DNA of 64,000 nucleotides from positions 91,452,001 through 91,516,000 of the forward strand of contig NW_024704742.1 of assembly GCF_018977255.1 (NCBI RefSeq), read 5' to 3'. Positions 50,013-63,619 of the stretch are shown in pieces (the stretch's first letter is position 1; every line of letters starts with the position of its first letter). The translations under genes and the position numbers were made by a program. This DNA is from Callorhinchus milii. Taxonomy: Eukaryota. Under the pieces are notes generated by a model. It did not search any database, was not told the DNA's origin, and worked only from the letters and a program-made list of their open reading frames with translations.

Positions 50013-50299
50013 GTAACCTCTTTCACTGGCCTGACTTGGCAAAAAATCTAAACTTCTTTCCCAGAAAGAGCGAGAGATCTGGATGCTGTATTTTTGTTTG
50101 GAAGTTTCCTGACTATGTTAGTGGATGTGAGTGGGGTGGCTGCGGCTGGAGGTGTGCGTGTGGGTGTAGGTGGTTGTACATGTGTGCGTGCATGCTTCTT
50201 TTAAAGTGCTCTCACCGCTATCAGAAATGAATTAGTTTACAACTGATATATAGTGCTTAGAGTCAGATTCTATTATATTGTTAATTTTGGTCCATCTCT

Positions 50300-51332
50300 G
50301 AACATAAGCACATAAGAATTAGGAGCAGAAGTAGGCCATTCGGCCCCTCTAGCCTGCCCCGCCATTCAATAAGATCATGGCTGATCTATTCTAACTCCAC
50401 CTACCCGCCTTATCCCCATATCCCTTAATCCCTTTATTCACAAAAAATCTATCAATCTCAGTCTTGAATATGTTCAAGGACTGAGTATCTACAGCCCTTT
50501 GGGGTAGAGAATTCCATAAATTCACTACCCTCTGAGTGAAGAAGTTTTTCCTCAACTCAGTGTGAAAGGGCTTACCCCTAATTTTAAGACTGTGACCCCT
50601 GGTTGTAGTTTCTCCAACTCGGGGTAAAAGTCCCCCACTATCTATTCTGTCGTGCCCTTTAATAATCTTATAGGTCTCTATAAGATCACCTCTCATTCTT
50701 TTATATTCTAGAGAATATAGGCCTAAATTGCTCAACCTATTCTCATAACTCATCCCCCTCATCCTTGGTACTAACCGAGTGAATCTACATTGTACCCCCT
50801 CCAAGGTGAGTAAATAGGAAGCTCAAAACCGCACACAATACTCTAGGTGTGGTCTCACCAGGGCCCTATACAGTTGCAGCAATACTTCCCTACTCTTACA
50901 TTCTAACCCTTTTGTAACAAATGCCAACATACTGTTAGCCTTCCTAATTGCTTGCTGTACCTGCAAACTAACTTTTTGTGACTGGCGTACAAGGACACCC
51001 AAGTCCCTCTGAACGCTAACACTATCTAAACTCTCCCCTTCTAAAAAATAATCTGTTCTGCTATTTTTGCCACCCAGGTGCATGACCTCACACTTCCCTA
51101 CATTATACTTCATTTGCCACCTATTTGCCCACTCACCTGGCCTATCTATATCTCGTTGGATTTTTTTAATGTCATCCTCGGTGTTTACTCTCCCTCCTAG
51201 TTTAGTGTCATCTGCGAATTTGGATATATTAAGTTTGATGTCCTCATCTAAATCATTGACGTAGATTGTAAATAGTTGAGGCACTCCACTAGTCACATCC
51301 TGCCAATCTGAGAAGGACCCGTTTATCCCTGC
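50300..51332 (-). mobile_element. CR1 LINE 3' part, in the intron splitting the homeobox
   Basis: ISKFADDTKLGG, LVRPHLEYC, MRGDLIETYKI, NFFTQRVVNLWNSLP. Confidence 0.93.
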
Positions 51333-51571
51333 TTAGAGATTTGTGGATATAATGTTGCTCCAGATTAAATTGTTTTGCTCAATGAAGTTTTTATTAAAGG
51401 ACTCAGCATACAGTCTATCTTTGAGTACATGTGATGTCTGTTTACTAGTGAATCACATGGTCTAATCATTGGGCTGTGGTGGGAGCGAGGGACAGTGATA
51501 GTTGGATGGGCAGTTTTGGCTTAGTCAGATGTTCATTCTGAAATGGAGTTTGTCTCCTATCAATCTTCTAG

Positions 51572-51890
51572 GTGTGGTTCAAGAACAGGAGAGCAAAGTT
51601 TCGTAAAAAGCAGCGCTCTCTCCAAATAGCACAATGTCAAGGGAAGGACGAATGGCAGGTTACGGAGTCCGAACAGAAACAGGAAAAAGACTTGAAGCCA
51701 GTCGACAATGAGAGGAAGAGCCTAAGCACAACTCCCAAGGGAGGGGAGAACCAGCTCCCTTTGTTATTGGATTACAAAAGCCCTGTTAATGACTTGGCCT
51801 CTCTGAGTTCACTGGCACTCGCACCGTATTCTAATCGCACAATATTACACAAACCGTGGGATAGTGAACTCAGACTCCATGGTGTTGAAG
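51572..51890 (+). CDS. DMBX1-like coding exon 3 (recognition helix, K50)
   Basis: VWFKNRRAKFRKKQRSLQ; ttctag| and G|gtaatt. Confidence 0.92.
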
Positions 51891-52334
51891 GTAATTCAGT
51901 ATTGGAAACATTTTGATATGTTTGTGAAGGAGTGAGAGGGTTTGTGCAACCAAAGTAACCTCAAACGTGTTGTTATCTTTAAATCCTTCCCTTATATTTG
52001 TATATATATACATATATAATATATATATATACTATTATATATATATACGCACACATAGGCAAGAGTTAATGGTTAGTATCCCATTCCTCGTGCTAATAAA
52101 CATATGTTCTCTCCTCACTGTCTCTCCTGAAATTATTTTTCCTTTTACTGGAATACAGTTTTCCACATTGCTCCATTCCTCTCCTAAAGACACCGAATCT
52201 TCCCGAGGCACAAATCTATGGACAATTTGCTTCCTCGCCCAAGTAGCTAATCTTTATGTCTGAGGTTATTTGACTTTGCTGGACCTTGCAGTTGAGCTTA
52301 ATCCTGTTATTACCTGCTGTTCCTCACAAAAGTC

Positions 52335-53695
52335 CTAGAACACGTTGTTGCCAATCAACTTCGCACAAACCTCTCCTCCCATTCCCTCTTTGAACCCCTC
52401 CAGTCCAGTTTCCGCCCTGCCCACAGTACAGAGACTGCGCTTGTGAAAGTCACAAACGACATCCTCTCTATCAGTGACCAGGGCCCCCTCTGCCTCCTTG
52501 TTCTCCTGGACCTTTCCACCGCGTTCGACACAGTCGATCACGCCATCCTCCTCCACCACCTTTCCTCCGTCATCCACCTCAGTGGGTCCGCACTCACCTG
52601 GTTCGAGGCCTACCTCACAAACCACCAGCAGTACATCTGTACAATGGCTTCTCCTACCGCTCTCAACCGGTCACCTGCGGGGTACCCCAAGGATCCATCC
52701 TTGGCCCCCTCCTCTTTCTGATGTACATGCTCCCTTTTGGGGATGTCATCCGCAGACATGGGGTACACTTCCACATATATGCAGATGACACCCAACTATA
52801 TTTTCCCACCTTTCTTTGTGACCCCCAGTCCCCTGATGTTCTGTCAGCCTGTCTGTCAGACCTCAGGAGCTGGATGAGTGCAAATTTCCCTTCAGCTGAA
52901 CATTGACGAGATGGAAGCCATACTCTTTGGCTCTCTCAACATCTAAAATCTCATGGTTCTCAACTCCTCCACCTACCTGACCTCCCCCTAAAACTCTCCG
53001 AACCAGTACGCAATTTAGGCGTCAGGTTCGACCCTCAATTATCCTTCCTCCCCCACATCCGGTCCCTCACCAGCACCGCCTTCTTCCACCCCCAACGCAT
53101 CGCCCGTCTCTGCCAATATCTCTCTCCAAAAGCCGTTGAAACCCTGATCCATGCTTTTGTCGCCTCTCAGCTGGACTATTCTAACGCCCTCCTCGCCGGT
53201 CTCCCCTCCACTACCATCCATAAAATCCAGATTATTCAAAACTCTGCCGCCCGCATTCTCACCCGCACCAAACTCTGCTCCCCGATCACCTCAGTCCTTG
53301 CCAGACTGCACTGGCTGCCTGTCCCAAAGAGGATTGACTTCAAGATCCTCACCCCTGTCTTCAAATCCCTCCACTCCTCTGCACTCCCCTACCTCTCTGA
53401 CCTCTCTCCTCAAAACAGTGCCCGTGGCCTCCTCCTTGTTCCCCGAGTCCTCCGCTCCACCCTTGGTGGCCGTACCTTCAGCCACTGTGCCCCGAGGCTC
53501 TGAAACTCCCTTCCTCACTCCCTTCACCTCGTCCCCTCTCTTCCTATTTTTAGGTCTCTGCTGAAGACCTTTCTTTTCGACTGCGCCTTTGGTCACCTTC
53601 TTCCCCCTGGCTTGGCCCGGGGATCCGTTACTGTGAAGCGCTCTGAGATGCCTTCTGGCATGGAGGGCGCTATATAAGTCCAAGTTGTTATCATC
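52335..53695 (+). mobile_element. L2 LINE 3' part (frameshifted)
   Basis: [32 protein letters not shown]; 3' stem-loop tail. Confidence 0.92.
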
Positions 53696-54047
53696 TGCAT
53701 GTAATCCACCAATGTCACTGAATAGTGACCAGGTCAAAGATGTTGGCAGATAATTTTCCTCCCTCACCCTAGGATGCTAATTTTAGCATCTCTCCTGAGG
53801 TTGGCTCACTCAGCACAGAACAGAAATCAAAACAAGTGTCCTTCCAGGTAGCAAGACTCCGTGTTACTCCAGTTATTCCAGTCAATATCTGTAAATATAG
53901 AGCAATTAAACACAAGTGTTTAGTGGTGTTCAGATTAACTTCACACTCTAAACGGGCCTCACCCTATTCTGTGATCTTCAGCTTTTTGTTACTACACTGA
54001 AGAAGATGAATGGAGTTTGTAAGCTGTTGCATATGTTTCTCCTGCAG

Positions 54048-54454
54048 GTGCTGATTCTGATATCGGAGGTTTACGTTGTCTGACGTCTTTGGTAACTCCC
54101 ACCCACTCGTCAAACATGTGTGTTTTGCAGGATGATTTTAGCAGATATGTTCCCATTCCTGGGTCCATTGGCTGCTATTTTTCTTTTGACCTTCCATTGG
54201 GTACCAGCCCTGTTTCCTACATAGACATCAACACAGCTACTGCTCTGTGTAATATGCAGTGTCAGCAATGCCCGCAAGAAGCCTGGACTTGTCCCATCCC
54301 CGGGAAGCTGACAAGACTGACCTCCAAATCCTCCAGTATTGAAAGCCTGAGGCTCCGTGCGAAGCAGCATGTGATGGCTCTTGGGCTGCACAAATCCAGC
54401 ACAGCAAGAGAATACAGGACGATAACAAACACACCTAGCTGGGAATTACATTAG
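54048..54454 (+). CDS. DMBX1-like coding exon 4 (OAR motif, stop)
   Basis: Acceptor cctgcag|, phase 1; LTSKSSSIESLRLRAKQHVMALGL is an OAR motif. The spliced CDS is 1041 nt, 346 aa. Confidence 0.9.
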
Positions 54455-55489
54455 AGGGGAAGTGAGATAGGCGAGCCTGTTCTTCAGGTGCATGTTAGCT
54501 GTGAGGAGCATGGTGATGGGTTTCCGAATGTATCGAGATACCCGGTTGACCAACAAAAATTAAACATCTTATCATATTTATTCAAAAAGAGAAGTTTCTC
54601 TCAGCCTCCAGACGCACAAAACCTCCAGATAAAGTGTGATGGCTATTTATTTGACTTTGATGGATTACCTACAAAAGAAAACACTTCATGGCACTTGACA
54701 GGAATTACTAGCAAAGTACTTTGAAATCTTTTGATATGATAAGTTGCTACAAGAAGTTAAACGTTTTTATGTTCTTATTCTAATGGCACAGAATGCTAGT
54801 TTGCCAATGTACTGTGGTGCACTAGATGTAGGACATAAATTACTATTCATAAGATGGTGAGGGGATGGTCATTGGTTTCCAGGACAGAGAGAGAGAGATG
54901 GGAAGGAGCTTGTGAAGTAATCTTATTCGACTCACATGCCATGTTAGTGAAGAATGTCAGTGACCATTTATAGGCATGTGGTAAATGGAGTTGCCATTCA
55001 ATCCATTTGCGCCTGTTGCAGCAGGCTGATTCTTATATAAAACAATAATATTTTTTGCATTTGATATAAAGTTTCAGCGTGTTGTCAAAATGTCTCAAAG
55101 CACATTACAGAATTTTACTGTGAAGTGCAGTGACTATTTTTTAGACAAATGTGACAGCTAATTTACACACAGCAATGTTCCACAAACAGCCATGAAATAA
55201 ATGAATTATTTTATTTGGAGAATTAATTGGACAAAACGTCAACTTTTCAATTGTGCCATAGAATCTGTAACATCCACCTGAATAGGCAGACACCTCCAAC
55301 AAAACAGCATCTCCAGCACTGAATTGGAGTGTAAATCTAGACTCTAGATTATGATTATTTCTTTGCAAAAAAAATAACAGATTGAAATGTTTCCAATGAA
55401 GTCAACATTGTGGCCTGGTTTAAGAGTTATGAACAGACTTCATCCTTTAAATGAATAATACAAATCCCAATATTGCGGGTAGTGGAAAT

Positions 55490-55690
55490 CTGGAACTCTT
55501 CCCCCCAAAAGGCTGTGGATGCTGGATCTATTCAAATTTTCAAGACTGAGGTGGATTTGTTAGATAGGGGAATCAAGGGACAGGAGCAAAGGCAGATAAT
55601 TGGGAGTTGACGTACAGGTCAGCCATGATCTAATAGAATGGTGGGACAGGCTCGAGGGACTGAATAGCCTTCTCCTGTTCGTATGTTCCT
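55490..55690 (+). mobile_element. CR1 3' end fragment
   Basis: tggaactcttccccccaaaaggctgtggatgctgg...ttcctacgtt; inverted relative to 30108-30610. Confidence 0.75.
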
Positions 55691-56835
55691 ACGTTTCCAA
55701 TGGTCCGATACAGCTGATCCCTGGTGCTTACTGAAAATGTAAGTAATTCTGTTTTATGTATCTGTGGGGAACACATGTTAAATGTGAAATGCAAAGCATT
55801 GTTAATTTGTCTTCTAGACAATAAACACTTCCAGAATACTCTGGGCGCTGGGCCCATGAGTTTAAGCAAGAAAATTCTGGCAATGTAACTATAGAGACTG
55901 TTCATTGCTCCAAAATTCTGAATACAGTAGAAATCCATTTTTAATTTATTTTAGTGATTATTATAAAACAGGTGAACCTAAATTCAAATACAATTTGAAA
56001 CAAGAGACTTGGATACTCGGCAAAAATGGCTGGCATCAGTGCAGTGGATACTGTGCTTGAGTGATCCAAGATCCCAAGGAGATGTTGAGAGTTTGCAGCA
56101 CAGAAAGAGGCCATTCAGCCATTGTGCATGTGCTGGTGCTCTTCCTCTCTGGGGCTAAATTCTCCAATCCTATTCCAATGCTCTTTTCTTATACCCACTT
56201 TTTGCCCTGTGATTGGATGCTAATATAATAAAAACCTAATAGTCTAGGCTGACACTCCATTGTGGTAGTGGGGAAGTGCTGCCTTGTTGGGAAGTGCTGT
56301 CCTTCAGATGAGATTTTAAATCAAGGTCACTGGCAAACACTGGATAAAATTAAACACCCAATCATAACTAATTGTGGGACATTTGGAAATAGGTTGCTGC
56401 ATTTGCCTAAAAATACATAATCACTACACTTTATATAAAAAACCTGAAGTGATTTGAGATGTTTTGACATACAGCCAGGATTATGATTATCATATCATTA
56501 GTGAAATATGCAAAATACATCATCCTGCCAAAATAATATGGTGAAATGTCAAAGTAAAACTTTTAGCTTCCATAACAACCTCTTTGAGTATGTTTGAAAA
56601 TGATTAAACTATTGCAAAGTTGTGTAATTCTTTCACAAATCAGACCTGCAAATCTGGTTTTGTCTAAAAAGAGGCTGAGTTGATGTACTGGTTCATCCAG
56701 GTAGCTTTACACCTGAGCAAAGACATAGGCTGTTGTTCCAATTGCTTCAATTTGAAACTGAATCACCAAGGCACCTGGTCAAAAGGAAGCCTCCTTCACA
56801 CATTAAACCTATGATCTTTCATTTCGAACCTCATA

Positions 56836-57555
56836 GCAACAAGAAGAAGATTACATTTGTATAGCGCCTTTCACGTCAGGAGGACGTCCCAAGGCGCTGG
56901 ACAGAGTACAGCATTTCAGACCCGAGCTGGGGTTGGGGGGTGGAAAGGAGGGGAGGGGAAATGGGGTGACCAATGGCATGGTGGAAGAGGAGGGTTTTGA
57001 GGCGGGACTTGAAGGAGGCTAAGGAGGGGGCGAGGCAGAGTGAATGGGGGATGGAATGCCAGAGGTTGGGGGCAGAGTGGCTGAAGGCTCTCCCGGCAAT
57101 GATGGGGTGGTGGTCGGAGGACATGGAGCAGTCCGGAGCCAGCTGAGCGGAGGGAACGGCCGGGTTGGTAGGGTGGGGCGAGGCCATGGAGGGCTTTGTA
57201 GATGAGGACGAAGATCTTGAACTGGATCCTCTGAAGGATAGGGAGCCAATGGAGTCGGACGAGAATGGAGGAGATGGGGTCACGGAGTTTGGTGCGGGTG
57301 AGGACACGGGCTACAGAGTTCTGGATTATCTGCAGCCTGTGGAGGGAGGAGTTGGGAAGGCCGACAAGCAGAGCGTTTCATAGTCCAGCCTGGAGGTGAT
57401 GAAGGCATGAATAAGAGCTTCAGCGGCCTGAGGGGTGAGGTAGTGGCGGAGTCGGGCGATGTTACGGAGGTGAGGGAATGCAGAGCAGGTCATGACTTGG
57501 AAGTGGGGAAGAAAAGACAGTTGAGGATCGAACAAGACACCTAGGTTCCTAACTT
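56836..57555 (-). mobile_element. L2 3' fragment
   Basis: [32 protein letters not shown]2 tail. Confidence 0.9.
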
Positions 57556-58674
57556 TCCTAGCAAAGTAAACAGCGCAATGAACACATTCAAGCACATATC
57601 TGGACAGCTCATTTATCATTCTGAGAAATTAGGTGTACAAAAATATCTTTCCAAGCAGCAGCAAAGATATATGTTTCATTAAACAATCTTCTTTCAATCT
57701 TGATGCAATTGAGAGATTCAATACCATGTATTTAATTCGACTTGTATGTTCCTGGAGGTATGATTGGCTTTGGGTGATGGGGATGAAATGTTCATACAAA
57801 TACTGTAGTATCAAATTGCTGTGGATTTTACCAGTATCAACTTCAACTCACTGTGCAATTTCTGATCTATAGCTTGCTTCATCCAATTGTTTAGCAACCA
57901 AGAATTTATTTCAAATGGTTTTAAGTGCATGCACACAAAGCAAGTATTGGTTAAAACAAATGCAACTTTTTTTATTGGAATCTTTTTAAAAGAATAAATT
58001 GGAGCCTCTCTTGTAGGAGAACTGTTAAATGAACTGCAGGTAAACGAACCTGGACCAATAATTATTGAGTATGTTGCACATATATACCTCGGATCAAACT
58101 GTCAAGTCAAGCACCATGCTATCCAGACAAGGCTAACACCTAGCAAGGATATCTATGCAGCTGGTAAACTGGGGAGTACATAGAACTATACATAGTACAT
58201 AGGGAGGAAGTGCAAGCATGCATGCAAAACAAGTTACAGTGGGGGCTAGAGTTTCTGATCTCCAGAAATATGTTTTTGTTTTACTAAGCTTTTATAATTC
58301 TAACCTGAAATGGGATTTTCCTGTCACAAAGATACAGTGGAAAAGATGGCTAATACTTAGCAATTGGCGTACGTCAGAGCCTGATATTTATTTGCTATCA
58401 AAACTGGCAGGTTAACAAAAAATTCTACATTATAAACATACAATGGCATATCTGTAATTAACAAGGCCAAGCACTATATACAAAGTAGCATAACAATCCT
58501 AAAAAGTGGAAGCATTTCTCATAATGACACACAATATTTAAATACTATACAGCTTCTTCCTCCACACTGCAGGCATGAATCAAATCCCACGTTTCCTGTT
58601 GAAAACAATTCTCTGTTACTTCAGGGGGTTCACTTTAATGAGTGAGGAGTCACTGTCAAACACTTTGTTCAAGT

Positions 58675-58937
58675 GGAGTCTTACAGCTTAATGGTTAGAG
58701 CATTTGCCACGCAAACGATAGGACCTGGGTTCGATTCCCGGGCATGGCAAAGGGTTGGGCAAGTTTCTTTACTCCACATGTTTACCAAGCAGTAAGTGGG
58801 AACCCAGTTGTTAGTCGATTGGCGGATCGCTTTTCTGGGGGTAATAATCCCTTAAGAAAAATTTGATCACTCAATCCACGACAGTTGGTCTCTCGCTTGC
58901 GGGATGAGTGCTCTAACCACTGAGCTACAGGACTCCA
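58675..58937. mobile_element. SINE 5' part (+) followed by an inverted SINE head (-)
   Basis: ggagtcttacagcttaatggttagagc at 58675; gctctaaccactgagctacaggactcc ending at 58936. Confidence 0.85.
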
Positions 58938-59618
58938 TGTTTTAGTCTTGGGGCGTGGGGAGGGACAGAAAATTGGTGTACATGTATATAGCTCCAATGG
59001 GATAGTCAGCATAAACTTGTTGGGCCAAATGGCCGTCTCTGTTCTGGGATTTCTATATCCTTAGTGGATCCCTGACGGATGGTTGGTTAGCTAGCTCCCC
59101 CACAACCCTAGCTCAGTAACTTCTCCACACTAACTACTCTGCAGCTATCAACACTCACGAATTAAACAACAGTTAGAGGAAGATAAGGAATGTAACCATG
59201 CTCTGGGTAGGATTTCCACCTGGATTTATATTTGCTCTATTTGTAGCATTTTAGAGCATCCAGAATCTGTCAAATTCAGTCTTAACTTTCAAGCTAGTTC
59301 TTATAGTTCTCAAAAGAAACATACAGAAAATTGCTCAAAATTCAGGCTGTATTTAAGAATTTACCAAATTCCAGACACTCTGAAAAGCTCCATAAATAGA
59401 GTGAACCAGGTGTAAGGTCTCTCCACTAACGCTTTCTTTGATTATGAATACTGGTTCTCGGCTGTGGCACATCGTTCTTCCAGCCAGATGTTTGTGAACC
59501 TATGTAGAAATATACTGTGACGCACTGCATATGTTACTGCTTGCATTATCTAAAAGGTACAAAGTTTACAAAACAAACTTTGTTCACTTTTCACGGCTGA
59601 TTCCCCTGCACGGGATGT

Positions 59619-59978
<360 letters not shown>

Positions 59979-60460
59979 TTATGCTTTTGAAAAAGTTACA
60001 AAATGTTAAAAAAATTGTGACAATCTTAAAGTTACAATAAAAAAGTGCTCTAAAGAGATGAATTTGAAAGCACTTCTGACCATTTTTGCTCCATTCTTTT
60101 GTCAAGAATACACAAATCAAGATTACAATACATTATAGAGGATATCGAATAGACTACAGTGTAACAGGATAATCTGCTTGGTAGGAGCTTGGCATTTGTT
60201 GAGATTATAGAGTACTCAAGCACTGAATTTCCTTGTTAGCTTTTAAAATGACACCACCAGTCTATGACACACAGAGCTTCAGGTAACAGTTTAAATTATA
60301 GCCTCTAGAGAGGATGTGACTACCTGACTGGTCCTCATTCACCATAAATCCTTCACTCTCTGAATTTTCTATGGTCTCAGGAGTGCTTTCTTTGAGGATA
60401 CTTGTCTCCACTCAATGCAGTATGGCTAGCAAATCACACTCAGACTTCATGTCTGAAAGT

Positions 60461-60783
60461 GGAGTCCTGTAGCTCAGTGGTTAGAGCACTCGCTTTGCAA
60501 GCGAGAGACCTGAGTACAATTCCAGGCAGGGCGAAACCTTGGGCAAGTTTCCTTACTCCACATGCCTAATAATAATCCCTCCAAAACCAAAAACAATAAT
60601 AAATTGGTCATTTTCAATCTATGACTGTTTGTGGGACATCGCTGTGCGCAATTGGCTGCCGCGTTCGCCCACAAATATACAGTCAATTCACTTTACAGTG
60701 TGTTCTGTGAAGCGCTTTGGGACGTCCTCCCGACGTGAAAAGCGCTATATCAAATGCAAGGATTATTATTATTATTATTATTA
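60461..60783 (+). mobile_element. Full-length young SINE in a TEK intron
   Basis: Near identical to 28401-28713. Confidence 0.93.
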
Positions 60784-60958
60784 CAGTAAAACTCGCATAA
60801 ATCTGATCAGTACAAATCATATAATCGCCTAAGTTGCACATCTGCCTGAGTCCTGTTCAAGAGTTTATAATTCTATGCAAGGTTGACATAACTCATACTT
60901 TGCATAAGTCATATTAAATATATGGTCCCAACTGATACGACTTATGTGATCTTTACTA
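60784..60958. mobile_element. Old MITE with imperfect terminal inverted repeats of about 29 bp (Tc1/mariner-pogo type)
   Basis: 5' TA|CAGTAAAACTCGCATAAATCTGATCAGT versus the reverse complement of the 3' end, TAGTAAAGATCACATAAGTCGTATCAGT. Confidence 0.55.
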
Positions 60959-61199
60959 CAGAGTTAAGAGCCGATACCTCCATGTCTCATTGATGTGACT
61001 GACAATCTGGACAACCTCCAACAATGCCTATGATTATTGCGACCTGCCTGGCTTCTCTTGACAACTCGGCCTCAGGGAAAACTTGCTCAATAAGCTGGAA
61101 AGGCTAACGATCCAAAGCTCAGCATTCATTTTTATGCTGAGGGGTTCTACATCCACTGACAAGGGGAGTCAAATGTATTGAAGGATTTGAGGAACTTAC

Positions 61200-61296
61200 A
61201 CTTCACCGACACAGTTCAATGGTTTTTCCATCCTGTATCCTTGGGGTAGTTTCTCATAAAGTTCAGCACAGGACATCCCACAATATGGCGTGCCAC
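61200..61296 (-). CDS. TEK: TEK exon (kinase)
   Basis: [32 protein letters not shown]. Confidence 0.95.
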
Positions 61297-61419
61297 CTAG
61301 CCACAGTTGCAAAGCAAAGAAGGGTTATTTTATGTTATCCTTAAACAGGACAATTTCAATAGTTTAGACGAACCATGCAAGAGTAAAATACCGTCGTGTA
61401 AAATACTGGGGTGAAAAAT

Positions 61420-61810
61420 ATAATAGCATTTGACAATAGTGCCATTTCACACTGTTGAAACGTCTCAGAATGCTTCAGAAAATTTATTGTAAAATATAGT
61501 AAAATATCAGCTGAGTATAAATAGCTGAATGTGGCAGGCAATTTGTGCACAGCAATGCCAAATAAATAGCCATGCGGTGAATGCTCAATTTTATGTGGAG
61601 GATTGTTGGGCAGGACATCATGAGAAATTCCCTTCTCTTTTTGAGTAGTGCCATGAAATCCTTAACATCCACTTGAATAGGAAGATAGGACTTTGGTTTA
61701 ATGTCTTACCGAACAATAGCACCCCTGACAAGGCAGCATATCCCTAGAATGCCAGCCTAAACTAGAAACTCAAAGTCTCATCGTGGGCTTGGACCCATAG
61801 CCTTCTGACA
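61420..61810 (-). mobile_element. Old Deu-domain SINE
   Basis: Similar to 42540-42925. Confidence 0.6.
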
Positions 61811-62218
61811 CCTCAACACCAAGATGTGATGTTTCATAACAGATTCAAGGTGGTAAATATCTCAGAGATGGGCAGGAGATATTCACTATTTTACACACTC
61901 AGGGAAGGAATTCAATTCAATTTGATTCACTCTAGTCTCTTAGTTTTCCAGAATTTTGAAAATTCTTAAATACAGCCTTACTTCTGAAACCAGCTGTCTG
62001 TAAGTATTTTTCCAAATTAATGAAAATTGGCTTCAAAGTTATGACTGATTTCAACAGTTTGCTCTGAAAGGCTAAGAGAATAAAAACTGAAATGTTTGAA
62101 ATCTGGAGAGGTGGAATTCAGCCCGTATATAATTGTGGGCTCACTGGTATCATATAAACTCCTGTCTCCTCGCATTCCACATGGTTACGTGAATGAAGTA
62201 AAAGATTGCATCACTTAC

Positions 62219-62259
62219 CTAAACTAACAATTTCCCACAAGAGAACCCCATATGACCAC
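62219..62259 (-). CDS. TEK: TEK exon (kinase subdomain IX)
   Basis: WSYGVLLWEIVSLG; 41 nt with canonical splice sites. Confidence 0.95.
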
Positions 62260-63083
62260 CTGCAAAAAGAAAATTCAGTGAGTGAATGTTATATGTTTAC
62301 AGCTCTTTGGTGATGGGTTATGATTGAGAAACAAGTCATTGTTCTATATATATATGCAGTTGGATCACTTTATCTGAAAAAGGTATTGTTGTAATTTCTG
62401 TTTGTTAAGAATGTACAAAACAATGAAACAAAATTTGTGATATTCATAATGTGTTTTTATTGACCATATTATTATAATACTAATAATCCTAGCATTTGAT
62501 ATAGTGCCTTTCATGCTGGGACGATATCTCAACAGGATTTATTGTAAAGTGTAGTGACTGTGTATGTTATAGGGGAAATTTAGCAGCAGTGAATTTGAGT
62601 ATAGCAATTTCCCACAAAGTCAAGTAGAGGAAGAGGGTCACAAGATCTCAAGATTACAAGACTAGTTTGAATGATGAAGGCCCTTCGGCTCATATGATCC
62701 TCCTGAACACCCAGCTTATTTTTCTCCCATTACAGCATCAAGCATCTTTTTAAATAAGTCCAGTGTCCTGGCCTCAACCACCCTTCCTAGCAATCTGCTC
62801 CAGTCATTAATTACTGTCTAGGTAAAGAAAAACTTGCTGGTGCTTATCCTGAAATTTCCCTTTGCAACTCTATATCTATGTCTTTTTGTTCTACTATCTT
62901 GGTGCATTCTAAAGTAAATAGATTCTGTAAGTTGGGGGAAGTAGCCTCAATGAGCAGATCAGGAAGCTTAAGCATGTGCTCTGAGGATGTTAATACAAGC
63001 AGATACAGGTGGAGGTTTCAGGCTGTAGATAAACTAGCAGAGTCAGGCCCAATCCTAGTGTGAGGTGCAGAAGTGAAACTTAC

Positions 63084-63154
63084 ACATCGCTGTTCGTAGT
63101 GTAAACGCTGTAATTTAAGGACTCAATAGCCATCCATCGAACAGGAAGCCTTCC
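63084..63154 (-). CDS. TEK: TEK exon (kinase subdomain VIII); the gene continues beyond the window
   Basis: GRLPVRWMAIESLNYSVYTTNSDV. Confidence 0.95.
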
Positions 63155-63328
63155 CTATCAAGAACAGAAATTCAAAAATATTGCATTCAAAGTATCTACG
63201 CACACATATTGATTCAATAATAATAATCCTTGTATTAGATATGGTGCCTAATCGCATCAAAATTTCTCAACGGACATCACAGAGGCTTCTGTACAGTGTA
63301 GTGACTGTGTGTTTCTAGGTGACTCAAG

Positions 63329-63490
63329 TAGTTATGTTTTTTATATAAAAATAAAAATAGTAAACATTTAATTTCCTTTATATAAAATTTACTGTCTCTC
63401 AATTAAATGTTTACTATTTTTGTTTTTATATAAAAAACATAACTAGTAAACATTTAATTGAAAAACAGTAAATTTTATATAAAGGAAATT
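63329..63490. repeat. AT-rich interleaved inverted repeats
   Basis: 63329-63373 pairs with 63401-63445; 63370-63416 pairs with 63444-63490. Confidence 0.85.
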
Positions 63491-63619
63491 ACTACCATAT
63501 CTATATACGCACAAAAAGCTAACTGTGTTATCATGTCTCATGTCTCATGGGCCGGTTTACGATGAATTGCGTAAAAAGGCTGACTTCTGGGCGTTGTCAG
63601 GTCATTGCTGATTATTTCC

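Noticed and set aside
49837..51890. Assigning the symbol DMBX1 (or OTX, PITX, GSC)
   Set aside because: Motifs place it in the DMBX family, but divergence and position argue against confident orthology, so no symbol is given.
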